Source: Hydrogenophaga sp. (GTDB lineage Bacteria > Pseudomonadota > Gammaproteobacteria > Burkholderiales > Burkholderiaceae_C). Taken from it: DNA of 64,000 nucleotides. Within the stretch, counting starts at the first letter, position 1, and every line of letters begins with the position of its first letter. The DNA lies in contig NZ_JBHYGM010000003.1 of NCBI RefSeq assembly GCF_051858985.1, positions 161,645-225,644 of the forward strand. Direction: 5' to 3'. Below the pieces are notes generated by a model, which made no database searches, was not told the DNA's origin, and worked only from the letters and a program-made list of their open reading frames with translations. Positions 28,988 to 39,026 of this stretch are shown piece after piece. Made by a program: the position numbers and the translations under genes.

Positions 28988-30322
28988 ATGAAAGTCACGC
29001 GCGAACTCGTGCTTGAGGCGCTGCGGCGCCAGGCCGACACCGATGTACCGGGGATGTCTTCCTCGGAGGTGGTTGAAATCACCGGGGGCAGTTCCGCGAC
29101 CGTGCGCCGTCACCTGGCTGCGCTGTCCGCCAGTGGCGAACTGGTGCGCAGTGGTCATGCGCGGGCGACACGCTATCGACTTGCGATACATCGGCCCCTG
29201 CTGGCGGCCGAACCCGACGGGCATACAGGCTGGTCGCCCGCCGCACGCCAACTGCGCCGCCGGCTGGACGTTCCCCTGGCCGCGCGGGACCCCGTCACTT
29301 ACCAGCGCGACTTCGTGGACCGCTACGTGCCCAACACCACGTGGCTGATGCCGCAGGAACTGGCCAGCGAGTTGTATCGACTCGGACGCCTGCAGGACCA
29401 GCAACCGGCGGGAACCTATGCCCGCAAGGTGCTGGAGCAGTTGCTGATCGACCTCTCGTGGGCGTCGTCTCGCCTGGAGGGCAACCGCTACACCTTGCTG
29501 GCCACGGAGGAGCTCTTCAAGCGCGGTGGTGCGGGCACCGATGTGGATTCGGTGATGCTGCTCAACCACAAGACCGCCATCGAGTTCCTGGTGGACGCCG
29601 TGCCGATGCAGGGACTCTCCACGTCGCTGGTGAGGAACCTGCACGCTGTATTGATGCAGGACCTGCTGGCCGACAGCAACGCGTTGGGCACGATTCGTCA
29701 GAAGGTGGTCAACATCAGCGACACGGTTTATGTGCCGACCCAGGTGCCCAGCTTGCTCGAAGAGATGCTGGAGAGCCTGGTCGACAAGGCCAGGCTCATC
29801 AAGAACCCCATCGAGGCCGCGTTCTTTCTCTGGGTGAACCTCGCGTACCTTCAGCCGTTCGAGGACGGCAACAAGCGCACCAGCCGCCTGGCGGCCAACA
29901 TCCCTCTGATGCTCTACAACTGCTCGCCACTTTCGTTCCTGGATGTGGACGTGCACGAGTACGCGCGGGCCATGCTGGGCGTGTACGAGTTCCAAGACGT
30001 CTCGCTGGCGGTCGACCTGTTCGGCTCTGCCTACCGGCGCTCGCTGAAGAAATACGCGGTGGTCAGGGAGTCGTTGGGAGCACCCGATCTGACACGGCTG
30101 CGTTACCGCGAACGTTTGACCGATGCGATGGGGATGATCGTGCGGGAGCGCATGCCTGTGCAGGCGGCTTTGGAGGAACTGGCACTCTCCGACGACACCG
30201 CACCCGGATTCAGGGAGCTGCTGCTGGACGAGTTGAAGAAGCTCGAGGTGTTCAACTGCGCCCGGTACCGCCTGACCCTCTCGGCCACCGAGGCCTGGAT
30301 TGCAGCGGGCCGGCCGATCTGA
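28988..30322 (+). CDS. Fic/Doc family protein with N-terminal winged HTH
   Basis: N-terminal HTH-like SSSEVVEITGGSSATVRRHLAALSASGELVRSG; Fic core YLQPFEDGNKRTSRL. Confidence 0.88.
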   Translation: MKVTRELVLEALRRQADTDVPGMSSSEVVEITGGSSATVRRHLAALSASGELVRSGHARATRYRLAIHRPLLAAEPDGHTGWSPAARQLRRRLDVPLAARDPVTYQRDFVDRYVPNTTWLMPQELASELYRLGRLQDQQPAGTYARKVLEQLLIDLSWASSRLEGNRYTLLATEELFKRGGAGTDVDSVMLLNHKTAIEFLVDAVPMQGLSTSLVRNLHAVLMQDLLADSNALGTIRQKVVNISDTVYVPTQVPSLLEEMLESLVDKARLIKNPIEAAFFLWVNLAYLQPFEDGNKRTSRLAANIPLMLYNCSPLSFLDVDVHEYARAMLGVYEFQDVSLAVDLFGSAYRRSLKKYAVVRESLGAPDLTRLRYRERLTDAMGMIVRERMPVQAALEELALSDDTAPGFRELLLDELKKLEVFNCARYRLTLSATEAWIAAGRPI

Positions 30323-30327
30323 ACCAT

Positions 30328-30361
30328 AAAAAAAACCGCCAGCACACAAGGCACTGGCGGC
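30328..30361 (-). terminator. Rho-independent terminator of the ABC/ligase operon
   Basis: CCGCCAG/CTGGCGG stem (30336-30360) followed on the minus strand by a T8 run. Confidence 0.75.
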
Positions 30362-30409
30362 TGCACGCAGGGCCTGCCGAGGCAGGCGGCGTCATACCTG
30401 TGGTTCAGA

Positions 30410-31594
30410 TCACTTCGCGGCGTCGAGCTTCATGTATTCGCCCACCACCTTCCAGCGGTTGTCGACCAGTTGCGAGTAACGGGTCGCGTTGCTGCCAAGG
30501 CGCTTTTGCGGGCCGAAGGTCATCTCGGAGCTGCCGAAGATGTCGGGCGGGATGGTCATGGTGTCCATGGCCTTGATGAAGCTTTCGGTGCTCAGGTTGT
30601 TGCCAGCCTTGCCCGCAGCGCGCAGGAAGGCGTCGATGACGGTGTAGCCGTACACCGAGAACACGGTGGGGTCTTCGTTGAACTTGGTCTTGTACTTGTT
30701 GGCCCAGAAGCGGATGGGTTGCGAGGCTTCGTCGGTGTAGGGGTTCTGCACCGTCATGGCGGCGTAGAAACCGTTCATGGCCGGGCCGCCCAGCTTGTGG
30801 ATGAGGTCGGTGTAGGCGGCGCTGGAGCCCACGAAGGTGGGATTGAAGCCCAGGCGCTTGGCGGTGGCGATGCCGCCAATCGTCTCGCGGATGATGGTGC
30901 CGAGCACGACCATGTCGCACTGCTCGGAAGCCAGCTTCTGCATCTGGCTGGCGAAGTCGGTGGCGCCGCGCTTGTAGGTGGTTTCCACGGCCAGGCTCAT
31001 GCCAGCGGCCTTCAGGCCGTCTTCGGCGCCGCGTTTCACTTCCAGGCCGAACTCGTCGTCCTGGTACATGGCGCACACCTTCTTGGCGCCCTTTTCCTTG
31101 GCCAGCTTGGGCACCACCAGCTTCATCTGGTCGTAGTAGGTGGCGGCGAAGCTGTACTTGAGCTTGTGGAAGGGTTCGTACATTTCGCGCGCGGCCGTCA
31201 CCGGGAAGAAGTTGATCACGTTCTTCTGGAACTGCACCGGCATGGCGGCCATGTTCTGCGCGGTGCCGATGTGGCCCACCATCATGAAGATCTTGTCCTG
31301 GTTCACGAGCTTCTGCGCGGCCAGCACGGCGTTGCGCGGGTCGTACTTGGAGTCTTCCACCAGCAGCTTGATCTTGCGGCCGTTGATGCCGCCCTGCTCG
31401 TTGACTTCGTCCACGCGCAGCATCATGCCCAGGCGAACCTGCTTGCCGAAGCCGGCGATGGGGCCGGAGAGATCCTGGATCGAGCCGAGGACGATCTCGT
31501 CCTTGCTCACGCCCTGGGTCTGCGCGTGGGCCGCGCCGGCCGCCAGCGCAAGGGCCGCAGCGGCGGCGGTGGTGAAAGTCGATCGGGTCTTCAT
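30410..31594 (-). CDS. LIV-type ABC transporter substrate-binding protein
   Basis: Signal peptide AHA/Q, QGVSKDEIVLG..DLSGP, EDSKYDP, periplasmic binding protein type 1 pattern. Confidence 0.9.
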   Translation of the reverse strand: MKTRSTFTTAAAAALALAAGAAHAQTQGVSKDEIVLGSIQDLSGPIAGFGKQVRLGMMLRVDEVNEQGGINGRKIKLLVEDSKYDPRNAVLAAQKLVNQDKIFMMVGHIGTAQNMAAMPVQFQKNVINFFPVTAAREMYEPFHKLKYSFAATYYDQMKLVVPKLAKEKGAKKVCAMYQDDEFGLEVKRGAEDGLKAAGMSLAVETTYKRGATDFASQMQKLASEQCDMVVLGTIIRETIGGIATAKRLGFNPTFVGSSAAYTDLIHKLGGPAMNGFYAAMTVQNPYTDEASQPIRFWANKYKTKFNEDPTVFSVYGYTVIDAFLRAAGKAGNNLSTESFIKAMDTMTIPPDIFGSSEMTFGPQKRLGSNATRYSQLVDNRWKVVGEYMKLDAAK

Positions 31595-31647
31595 GGTGTG
31601 TCTCCTGGGGTGGACGGTCAGGGGTTGGAAAGGCGTTGGCTTTTTGG

Positions 31648-33504
31648 TCAGCGGTACATGGCTTCGATCTGGGGCTCGTACTTCGTCTGCACCAGCTTGC
31701 GCTTGAGCTTCATGGTGGGCGTGAGCTCTTCGTCTTCCGCGCTGAGCTGGGTGTCGAGCAGGAAGAACTTCTTGATCTGCTCGACGCGGGCGAACTTCTT
31801 GTTCACGCGGTCGATCTCGGCCTGGATGAGCGCCTGCACCTCGGGTGCGCGGGTGAGGCTGGCGTAGTTGGAGAACGGCACGTCGTTGTCCTGCGCATAT
31901 TTCTCCACGTTTTCCTGGTCGATCATGATGATCACGGTGAGGTAGGGCCTCTTGTCACCGATCACCACGGCATCGGTCACGTAGGGCGAGAACTTCAGTT
32001 CGTTCTCCAGTTCACTCGGCGTGATGTTCTTGCCGCCTGCGGTGATGATGATGTCTTTCATGCGGTCGGTGATGCGGAAAAACCCTTCCTCATCGACCAC
32101 GCCCACATCGCCCGTGTGCAGCCAGCCATCGGCGTCGATGGTCTCGGCGGTCTTCTCGGGCAGGTTCAGGTAGCCCATGAACACGTTGGGCCCCCGGACC
32201 AGGATCTCGCCCGTGGCCGGGTCGAGCTTCACTTCGTTGTAGCTCGCGGCAGGCCCGATGCTGCCAGGCTTCATGCGCTCGACCGGGATGCCGGTGGACG
32301 CACCGCAGGTTTCGGTCATGCCCCAGACCTCGAGCATGGGCACACCCAGCGCGAGGTACCAGCGCACGAGCTCCGGCGAAATGGGCGCGGCGCCCGTGAC
32401 CAGGAAGCGCGCTCGGTGGATGCCGATCAGCTTGCGCACGTTGTCCAGCACCAGCAGCCGCGCCACGGTGAAGCGCATGCGAAGGCTCGATGGCACCGGC
32501 TGCCCGGCCATCACCAGGTCGGCCACCTGCTGGCCCACGCCGATGGCCCAGGCATAGGCGGCCTGCTGCGCCTTGCTGGCTTCCTTGAGCGTGATCATCA
32601 CGCCCGAATAGAACTTCTCCCACACGCGTGGCACCGCAGTGAACACGGTCGGCGCGATCTCGCGCACGTTCTCCGGCACGGTTTCCGGGTTCTCGACGAA
32701 ATTGAGCTTCGCGCCGGTGTAGAGCGAGAAATACTCGCCGCCCATGCGCTCGGCGATGTGGCAAAGCGGAAGGAAACACATGCACTCGTCGCTCTCGCTG
32801 CGAGCGATCAGCGTGTTGTAGCCGCGCACGGTGTACACCAGCCCGTGGTGGCTGTGCATGGCGCCTTTGGGTCGGCCGGTGGTGCCGGAGGTGTAGACCA
32901 GGATGGCGAGGTCTTCGGGCTTCACGGCCGCCACGCGCGCCTCCACCGCGCCCGGGAACTGCTGCAGGTGCGTGCGACCCAACGCCCGCAGCGCATCCAG
33001 GCTCATCACCTGCGGGTCGTTCAGTTCGCGCAGGCCTTCCATGTTGCCCACGACGATCTTCTTGAGCAGCGGCAGCTGCGCGCGCACTTCCAGCGCCTTG
33101 TCCAGTTGCTCGTCGTCCTCGACGAACAGCACGGTGGTGCGCGAGTCGGCGCAGAGGTACTGCACCTGTTCGGCCGCGTCGGTGGGGTAGATGCCGTTGG
33201 CCACGCCGCCGGCGCTGAGCACCGCCAGGTCGCACAGCACCCATTCGATGGTGGTGTTGGAGAGGATGGACGCGGTCTCATGCGCCTCGAAGCCCAGCGC
33301 CATCAGCCCATGGGCAATCTCGCGCACGGCCTCGCCGGTCTGGTTCCAGGTCCAGCTGCGCCAGATGCCGTAGTCCTTCTGCCGCATCCAGATGTTGGGG
33401 CCGCGTTCCTTCACGCCGTTCCAGAAGAGCGCGGGAATGGTGTCGCCCTGCAGGACGACCTGCGTCTGCGGCTTGATGCTGGAAAGATCCCAAAGGTTGC
33501 TCAT
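31648..33504 (-). CDS. Long-chain fatty-acid--CoA ligase (AMP-dependent synthetase)
   Basis: YTSGTTGRPKG, FLPLCHIAER, WGMTE, GWLHTGDVG, RMKDIIITAGGKNITP; ATG at 33504. Confidence 0.92.
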   Translation of the reverse strand: MSNLWDLSSIKPQTQVVLQGDTIPALFWNGVKERGPNIWMRQKDYGIWRSWTWNQTGEAVREIAHGLMALGFEAHETASILSNTTIEWVLCDLAVLSAGGVANGIYPTDAAEQVQYLCADSRTTVLFVEDDEQLDKALEVRAQLPLLKKIVVGNMEGLRELNDPQVMSLDALRALGRTHLQQFPGAVEARVAAVKPEDLAILVYTSGTTGRPKGAMHSHHGLVYTVRGYNTLIARSESDECMCFLPLCHIAERMGGEYFSLYTGAKLNFVENPETVPENVREIAPTVFTAVPRVWEKFYSGVMITLKEASKAQQAAYAWAIGVGQQVADLVMAGQPVPSSLRMRFTVARLLVLDNVRKLIGIHRARFLVTGAAPISPELVRWYLALGVPMLEVWGMTETCGASTGIPVERMKPGSIGPAASYNEVKLDPATGEILVRGPNVFMGYLNLPEKTAETIDADGWLHTGDVGVVDEEGFFRITDRMKDIIITAGGKNITPSELENELKFSPYVTDAVVIGDKRPYLTVIIMIDQENVEKYAQDNDVPFSNYASLTRAPEVQALIQAEIDRVNKKFARVEQIKKFFLLDTQLSAEDEELTPTMKLKRKLVQTKYEPQIEAMYR

Positions 33505-33509
33505 GTGCC

Positions 33510-34298
33510 TTATCTCCAGTTCTTCTTCTTCTTCCACCTGCGCTCGCCGCGCTCACCCGTTTCCTTCATGCCCAGGTAGAACTCCTTGATGTCGTCCTTC
33601 TCGCGAAGGTGCGCGCAGGTGTCTTCCATCACGATGCGGCCGTTCTCCAGCACATAACCGTAGTCGGAGGCGTTCAGGGCCATGTTGGCGTTCTGCTCGA
33701 CCAGCAGGATGGTGGTGCCGCGTTCGCGGTTGATGCGCACCACGATCTCGAAGATCTCCTTCGTGAGCTTGGGACTCAGGCCCAGGCTGGGCTCATCGAG
33801 CAGGATCAGGTCGGGGTTGGCCATCAGCGCACGGCTGATGGAGAGCATCTGCTGCTGCCCGCCCGAGAGCAGGCCGGCGTCCTGGGCGGCGCGTTCGCGC
33901 AGGATGGGGAAGTAGTTGAACACCGCCTCCATGTCGCGCGCCACGCCGTCGCGGTCCTTGCGCGTGTAGGCGCCCATCAGCAGGTTGTCGCGCACGCTGA
34001 GCAGGGGAAACACCTCGCGCCCCTCTGGCACGTGCGAGAGGCCCCGCTGCACGATGGCCGCCGGATCCTGGGCGGTGATGTTCTCGCCCTTGAACTCGAT
34101 GCTGCCCTTGCGCGGATCGATGATGCCGCTGATGGTCTTGAGGATGGTCGTCTTGCCCGCGCCGTTGGAGCCCAGCACGGTGGCGATCTCGCTGCGGCGC
34201 ACCTGCAGGCTCACGCCACGGATGGCCTTGATGGGGCCGTACGCGCTCTCCACGTTGAGCAGCTTGAGCACCGGCGCGTCGGATGTCGCAACGCTCAT
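33510..34298 (-). CDS. LIV-type ABC ATPase (LivF-like)
   Basis: GSNGAGKTT, LSGGQQQML, LLDEPSLGL. Confidence 0.93.
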   Translation of the reverse strand: MSVATSDAPVLKLLNVESAYGPIKAIRGVSLQVRRSEIATVLGSNGAGKTTILKTISGIIDPRKGSIEFKGENITAQDPAAIVQRGLSHVPEGREVFPLLSVRDNLLMGAYTRKDRDGVARDMEAVFNYFPILRERAAQDAGLLSGGQQQMLSISRALMANPDLILLDEPSLGLSPKLTKEIFEIVVRINRERGTTILLVEQNANMALNASDYGYVLENGRIVMEDTCAHLREKDDIKEFYLGMKETGERGERRWKKKKNWR

Positions 34299-35122
34299 GC
34301 TGCCACCTTGTGGTTCTCGCGGCGCAGGCTGGACACGTCGTCCACCGAGCCCAGGTAGGCTTCGATCACGCCCGCGTCGGCCTGCACTTGCGCGGGTGTG
34401 CCGGTGGCCAGCTCGGTGCCCATGCTCATGGCGAGCACGCGGTCGCTCACCTTGGAGACCAGGCTCATGTCGTGTTCCACCATCAGCACCGTGATGCCCA
34501 GTTCCTTCTGGATGTCGCTGATCCAGAACGCCATGTCTTCGGTCTCTTCCACGTTGAGGCCGGAAGAGGGTTCGTCCAGCAGCAGCAGGCGCGGTTCGGT
34601 GCACAGCGCGCGCGCCAGCTCCACCACCTTGCGCACGCCATAGGGCAGGCCGGCCACGAGCGACTCGCGGTGGTGCTGAAGGTCCAGCAGTTCGATGACG
34701 TGCTCCACTTTCTCCCGCGCCTCGATTTCGGCCGCGCGCGTCTTGCCGGTGAAGAACAGCTCGCTCCAAAGCCCCGTGCGACGGTGCGTGTGACGACCGA
34801 TCAGCAGGTTCTGCAGCACGGTGGCGTGCTCGAACAGCTCGATGTTCTGGAAGGTGCGCGCGATGCCCAGCTTGGCAATGCGGTGCGGCGCCTGGTCGGT
34901 CAGGCGCAGCGTGCCGTCCGGGCCGGCGTAGTCGATGGTGCCGGTGGTGGGCGTGTAGATGCGGCTGATGAGGTTGAACACGGTCGTCTTGCCCGCGCCG
35001 TTGGGGCCGATCAACGTGAACACCTCGCCGCGCTTGACGTCGAAGCTCACGTTGTTCACCGCCAGCACGCCGCCAAAGCGCACGCTGAGGTTTTTTGCTG
35101 AAAGAAGGATGTCGTCGTTCAT
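34295..35122 (-). CDS. LIV-type ABC ATPase (LivG-like)
   Basis: GPNGAGKTT, IARTFQNIELF, LPYGVRK, LLLDEPSSGL. Confidence 0.93.
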   Translation of the reverse strand: MNDDILLSAKNLSVRFGGVLAVNNVSFDVKRGEVFTLIGPNGAGKTTVFNLISRIYTPTTGTIDYAGPDGTLRLTDQAPHRIAKLGIARTFQNIELFEHATVLQNLLIGRHTHRRTGLWSELFFTGKTRAAEIEAREKVEHVIELLDLQHHRESLVAGLPYGVRKVVELARALCTEPRLLLLDEPSSGLNVEETEDMAFWISDIQKELGITVLMVEHDMSLVSKVSDRVLAMSMGTELATGTPAQVQADAGVIEAYLGSVDDVSSLRRENHKVAA

Positions 35123-36195
35123 TTCAGTCTGTCGGATTTCTGGAAGGTCTTCTGCCGCTTGAACATGCCCTTGCGGTAGAAGGGGAACAGCTGGAAGTAG
35201 GCGCGCACCTTGAGCCAGCGGCCGTACAGCCCCATGGGCTCGAACAGCACGAAGGCGATCAGCACCATGCCGTAGACCGCACCCTGCAGGCCGGCGGCCT
35301 GGCCGATGGCTGCGGGCAGGAAGTCCTTGCCCAGCGAAATGAGCTGCGGCATGACGATGAGGAAGATGGCGCCGAGGAACGCGCCGTGGATCGAGCCCAG
35401 CCCACCGATCACCACCATCAGCAACAGGTCGATCGACTGGATGATGCTGAACTGCTCCGGCGAGAGGAACTGGATCTTGTGCGCATACAGCGCGCCGCCC
35501 ACGCCGGCGAGTGCGGCCGAGAGCGCGAAGCTCAGGGTCTTGTAGCGGGCCAGGTGAATGCCCATGCTCTGCGCGGAAATCTCCGAATCGCGGATGGCAA
35601 CGAATGCCCGGCCGGTGGATGAGCGCATGAGGTTGACCACACCCAGCGTGGCCAGCACCGTGACCAACAGACAGAGGAAATAGAACTCGTTGGTGGAGTC
35701 CAGGTCCCAGCCGAAAAGGCTGGGGTAGTTCACCATCAGGCCCTTGTTGCCGCCGGTGAGCGACTCCCAGCGCGCGATGACTTCCTCGACGATGAAGCCG
35801 AAGGCCAGCGTGGCCATGCCGAGGTAGATGCCCTTCACGCGCAGCGCCGGCAACCCCACCACCATGCCCACCGCGGCCGAGAGCAGGCCGGCACAGGCCA
35901 GCGCAATCGGGAACGGAATCCCTGCATTGACCATGATGGCCTGCGTGTACGCACCCACGCCGAGGAAGGCCGCGTGGCCAAGAGAGAACAGCCCGGTGAA
36001 GCCTGCCAGCACCATGAGCCCCAGGCCCACGATGGAGTAGATCAGCACGAAGGTGAGCTGCGCCAGCCAGTATTCCTGGATCACCCACGGTGCGGTGACG
36101 AGGAACAGGCCCAGCAGGCTGTACCAGAACCTGTGCCCGCCGTGCTTGGCCAGCTTGATGTCCTGGTTGTAGTCGGTCTTGAAAATAAAGCGCAT
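35119..36195 (-). CDS. LIV-type ABC permease (LivM-like)
   Basis: GFTGLFSLGHAAFLGVGAY, LTGGNKG, GRAFVAIRDSE, MVVIGGLGS. Confidence 0.92.
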   Translation of the reverse strand: MRFIFKTDYNQDIKLAKHGGHRFWYSLLGLFLVTAPWVIQEYWLAQLTFVLIYSIVGLGLMVLAGFTGLFSLGHAAFLGVGAYTQAIMVNAGIPFPIALACAGLLSAAVGMVVGLPALRVKGIYLGMATLAFGFIVEEVIARWESLTGGNKGLMVNYPSLFGWDLDSTNEFYFLCLLVTVLATLGVVNLMRSSTGRAFVAIRDSEISAQSMGIHLARYKTLSFALSAALAGVGGALYAHKIQFLSPEQFSIIQSIDLLLMVVIGGLGSIHGAFLGAIFLIVMPQLISLGKDFLPAAIGQAAGLQGAVYGMVLIAFVLFEPMGLYGRWLKVRAYFQLFPFYRKGMFKRQKTFQKSDRLK

Positions 36196-36207
36196 GACGT
36201 GCTGCCC

Positions 36208-37083
36208 TCAGACCTTCTTGCGCAGCTTTTCGCCGAACAAGCCGTTGGGCTTGAGCACGAGCATGAGCAGGACCACGACGTACGGGGCCACGTCCTTGAA
36301 GCCTTCGGGCAGATAGAAGCCCGAGAGCGCCTCGACGATGCCGATAATGAGACCGCCCACGATGGCGCCGGGCAGGCTGCCGAAGCCGCCCACCACCGCC
36401 GCCGGAAAGGCCTTGAGGCCGATGAAGCCCATGTTGGCGTGGACGAAGGTGATGGGTGCCAGCAGAAGACCAGCGATGGCCGCCACGCCCGCGGCCAGGC
36501 CCCACACCAGGCCGTTCAGGCGCTTGACGGGAATGCCCATGTAGTAGGCGGCGAGCTGGTTCTGCGACGACGCCTGCATGGCGATGCCGAGCTTGCTGTA
36601 GCGGAACATGGCGAAGAGGCCGGCGCACAGCAGCGCGGTGGAGCCGATCACCACCACCTGCTCGGCCGACACCACCAGGCCGCCCATGCGCAGCACCTCG
36701 TTGGCGTAGGGCACCGGCAGGGTGTGCGTTTCGGTGCCGATGTCCGGGATCATGGTGATGAGACCGCGCAGCACATAGCCCACGCCGATGGTGAGCATGA
36801 CGATGGAGAACGCGGGTTGCCCCAGGATGGGGCGGATCACCACGCGCTCGAGCACCACGCCGAAGAGCCCCATGCCGATGATGGCCGCCGGCACCGAGAG
36901 CCAGAACGGGAAGCCCAGCATGGTCATGGCCGCGAGACCGAAGAAGGCGCCGACCATCATGAGATCGCCCTGCGCGAAGCTCACGGTTTCGGTCGCTTTG
37001 TAGATCAGCACGAAGCCCAGGGCGATGAGGCCGTAGATACAGCCCTGGGCCACGCCGCTGATCAGCAGCTGCAGCAATTGCAC
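36208..37083 (-). CDS. LIV-type ABC permease (LivH-like)
   Basis: GTG start at 37083; GCIYGLIALGFVLIY, SFAQGD, GIAMQA, LKAFPAAVVGGFGS. Confidence 0.9.
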   Translation of the reverse strand: MQLLQLLISGVAQGCIYGLIALGFVLIYKATETVSFAQGDLMMVGAFFGLAAMTMLGFPFWLSVPAAIIGMGLFGVVLERVVIRPILGQPAFSIVMLTIGVGYVLRGLITMIPDIGTETHTLPVPYANEVLRMGGLVVSAEQVVVIGSTALLCAGLFAMFRYSKLGIAMQASSQNQLAAYYMGIPVKRLNGLVWGLAAGVAAIAGLLLAPITFVHANMGFIGLKAFPAAVVGGFGSLPGAIVGGLIIGIVEALSGFYLPEGFKDVAPYVVVLLMLVLKPNGLFGEKLRKKV

Positions 37084-37239
37084 TCGATGTCTCCTGTGTG
37101 TTCTTGTTCGCCTTGGCGGCGGGGTCTGCTGCAAACTTTGTTGCAACCTTCCCAGCAGGTGAGCGCAATTTATAGCTGTCTTGCGTGAGACTGCCGCTAG
37201 GGGTTGTCCCCCATCAGGAGTCGCCGACGCGCCATCAAG

Positions 37240-38655
37240 ATGAAGTCCATCATGAAATCCATTCGAATCGGCGCCGGCCTCGGTTTCTACGGCGACCACT
37301 GGGAACCCGTGGCCGCCAGCATCGAGCGCGGCGGTGTGCAGTTCATTGCCAGCGACCACCTCGCCGAGCTCACGCTCGCCATCCTGCAGAAGGACCGGCA
37401 GCGCGATCCCACGCTGGGCTACGCGCGCGACGTGGTGCCCATGCTGCTCAGGCTGTGGCCGCTCATGCGCGAGCGCGGTGTGCGCTTTGTGTGCAACGCG
37501 GGCGGCCTGAATCCTCAGGGTGCGGCGCAGGCGGTGCTGGCGGCCTTTGCCCAAAAGGGCTGGAAGGCGCGCATCGCTGTGGTGAGCGGCGACGATGTGT
37601 TGCCGCGCCTGCAGCGCGATGGCACGCCCACCGGCGCGTTCGACCACCTTTTCACGGGCGAGGCGCTGTCGCAGGTGCGCAGCAGGCTTGTGTTCGGCAA
37701 CGCCTACCTCGGCGCGCGCCCCATCGTGCAGGCGCTCGATGAAGGCGCGGACATCGTCATCACCGGCCGGGTGGCCGATGCGGCGCTGTTCCTGGGTCCG
37801 CTGGTGCATGGCCTGGGCTGGACGCTGGAAGGCGCCACCCGCCGCGAAGACCTGGACCGCCTCGCGCAGGGCCTCACCGTGGGCCACCTGCTGGAATGTT
37901 CGGGCCAGGGCAGCGGCGGCAACTTCGGCAGCCAGGGCGCTTGGCAGGCCATTCCCGATCTGGCGCACATCGGTTACCCCATCGCCGAAGTGTGGACAGA
38001 CGGCAGCGCGCTCATCACCAAGGCGCCAGGCACCGGCGGGCGCGTGAACTTCGACACCGTGCGCCAGCAGCTGCTGTATGAGGTGCACAACCCGCACGCC
38101 TATGTGTCGCCCGACGTGGTGCTGGACATGGGCGGCATCCAGTTGAAGGACGAGGGCGAGGACCGCGTGCACCTGACCGGTGCGCGCGGCACGGCGCCCA
38201 CCGACACGCTCAAGGTGGTGGCGGGTTTTCGCGATGGCTACAAGGCCGAGGTGACGTGGGGTTTCTCGTGGCCCGATGCGTGGGACAAGGCGCAGGCCGC
38301 GCAGTCCACCATCCGCACGCTGCTGAAAGACAAGCGCGTTCCACATGACGAGCTGTACGTGGAGTACCCAGGCTTGAACTCGGCCCACGGTGCGCTCGCA
38401 CCGCTGCCGGCGGCCGATGCGCTGAACCAGAGCAACGAAATCTGGACGCGGCTGGTGCTGCGCACGCAGGACAAGGCCGCGGCCGACGGTTTTGGCCGCC
38501 TGTTTCCCTGGATGGGACTGAGCGGACCGGCCTACACCTGCGGCTTCACGGGGCTGCACAACACCAGCGAGCTGCTGGGCATCTGGCCCACGCTCATTGC
38601 GCGTGCCGACGTGGAAGCCGGCGTGAAGGTCGAGTTCATGGGAGACGCGGCATGA
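37240..38655 (+). CDS. AtuA/DUF1446 family protein (N-terminal domain protein)
   Basis: IRIGAGLGFYGD, DHLAELT, NAGGLNP, VSGDD, NAYLGA, TGRVAD, GHLLECSGQ..GGN, QLLYEV; start 37240 or 37252. Confidence 0.88.
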   Translation: MKSIMKSIRIGAGLGFYGDHWEPVAASIERGGVQFIASDHLAELTLAILQKDRQRDPTLGYARDVVPMLLRLWPLMRERGVRFVCNAGGLNPQGAAQAVLAAFAQKGWKARIAVVSGDDVLPRLQRDGTPTGAFDHLFTGEALSQVRSRLVFGNAYLGARPIVQALDEGADIVITGRVADAALFLGPLVHGLGWTLEGATRREDLDRLAQGLTVGHLLECSGQGSGGNFGSQGAWQAIPDLAHIGYPIAEVWTDGSALITKAPGTGGRVNFDTVRQQLLYEVHNPHAYVSPDVVLDMGGIQLKDEGEDRVHLTGARGTAPTDTLKVVAGFRDGYKAEVTWGFSWPDAWDKAQAAQSTIRTLLKDKRVPHDELYVEYPGLNSAHGALAPLPAADALNQSNEIWTRLVLRTQDKAAADGFGRLFPWMGLSGPAYTCGFTGLHNTSELLGIWPTLIARADVEAGVKVEFMGDAA

Positions 38656-39026
38656 GCACCGTGCGCATTCCTCTCGTTCGAATCGCCCATGCCCGCAGCG
38701 GCGACAAGGCCGACTGGGTCGACTTCGGCCTGTTCGCCTGGAACGAAGCCGGCTACCGGCTGCTGGCGCGCGAGGTGAGCGCCGAACGCGTGCAGGCGCA
38801 TTTCGCGCCCTGGCTCCGTGGCGAGGTGGACGCCTGGCCGCTGCCGAACATCCTGGCGCTGAAGTTCGTGTTGCGCGGCGCGCTGCAGGGCGGCGGCGCG
38901 CGCAATCTGCGGCTGGACAACCTGGGCAAGGCGATGGCCGGTGCCCTGTTGAGAATGGAGATCGACGTGACACAGGAAGAACTGAGCGAAGCCCTGAACC
39001 AGCCGCGCGTGGGGGTGTGGCCATGA
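38652..39026 (+). CDS. Stand-alone AtuA-like C-terminal ferredoxin-fold domain protein
   Basis: L..IAHARSGDKAD, LPNILALKFVL..ALQGG...LRLDNLGK, the pattern of the AtuA C-terminal domain. Confidence 0.8.
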   Translation: MSTVRIPLVRIAHARSGDKADWVDFGLFAWNEAGYRLLAREVSAERVQAHFAPWLRGEVDAWPLPNILALKFVLRGALQGGGARNLRLDNLGKAMAGALLRMEIDVTQEELSEALNQPRVGVWP

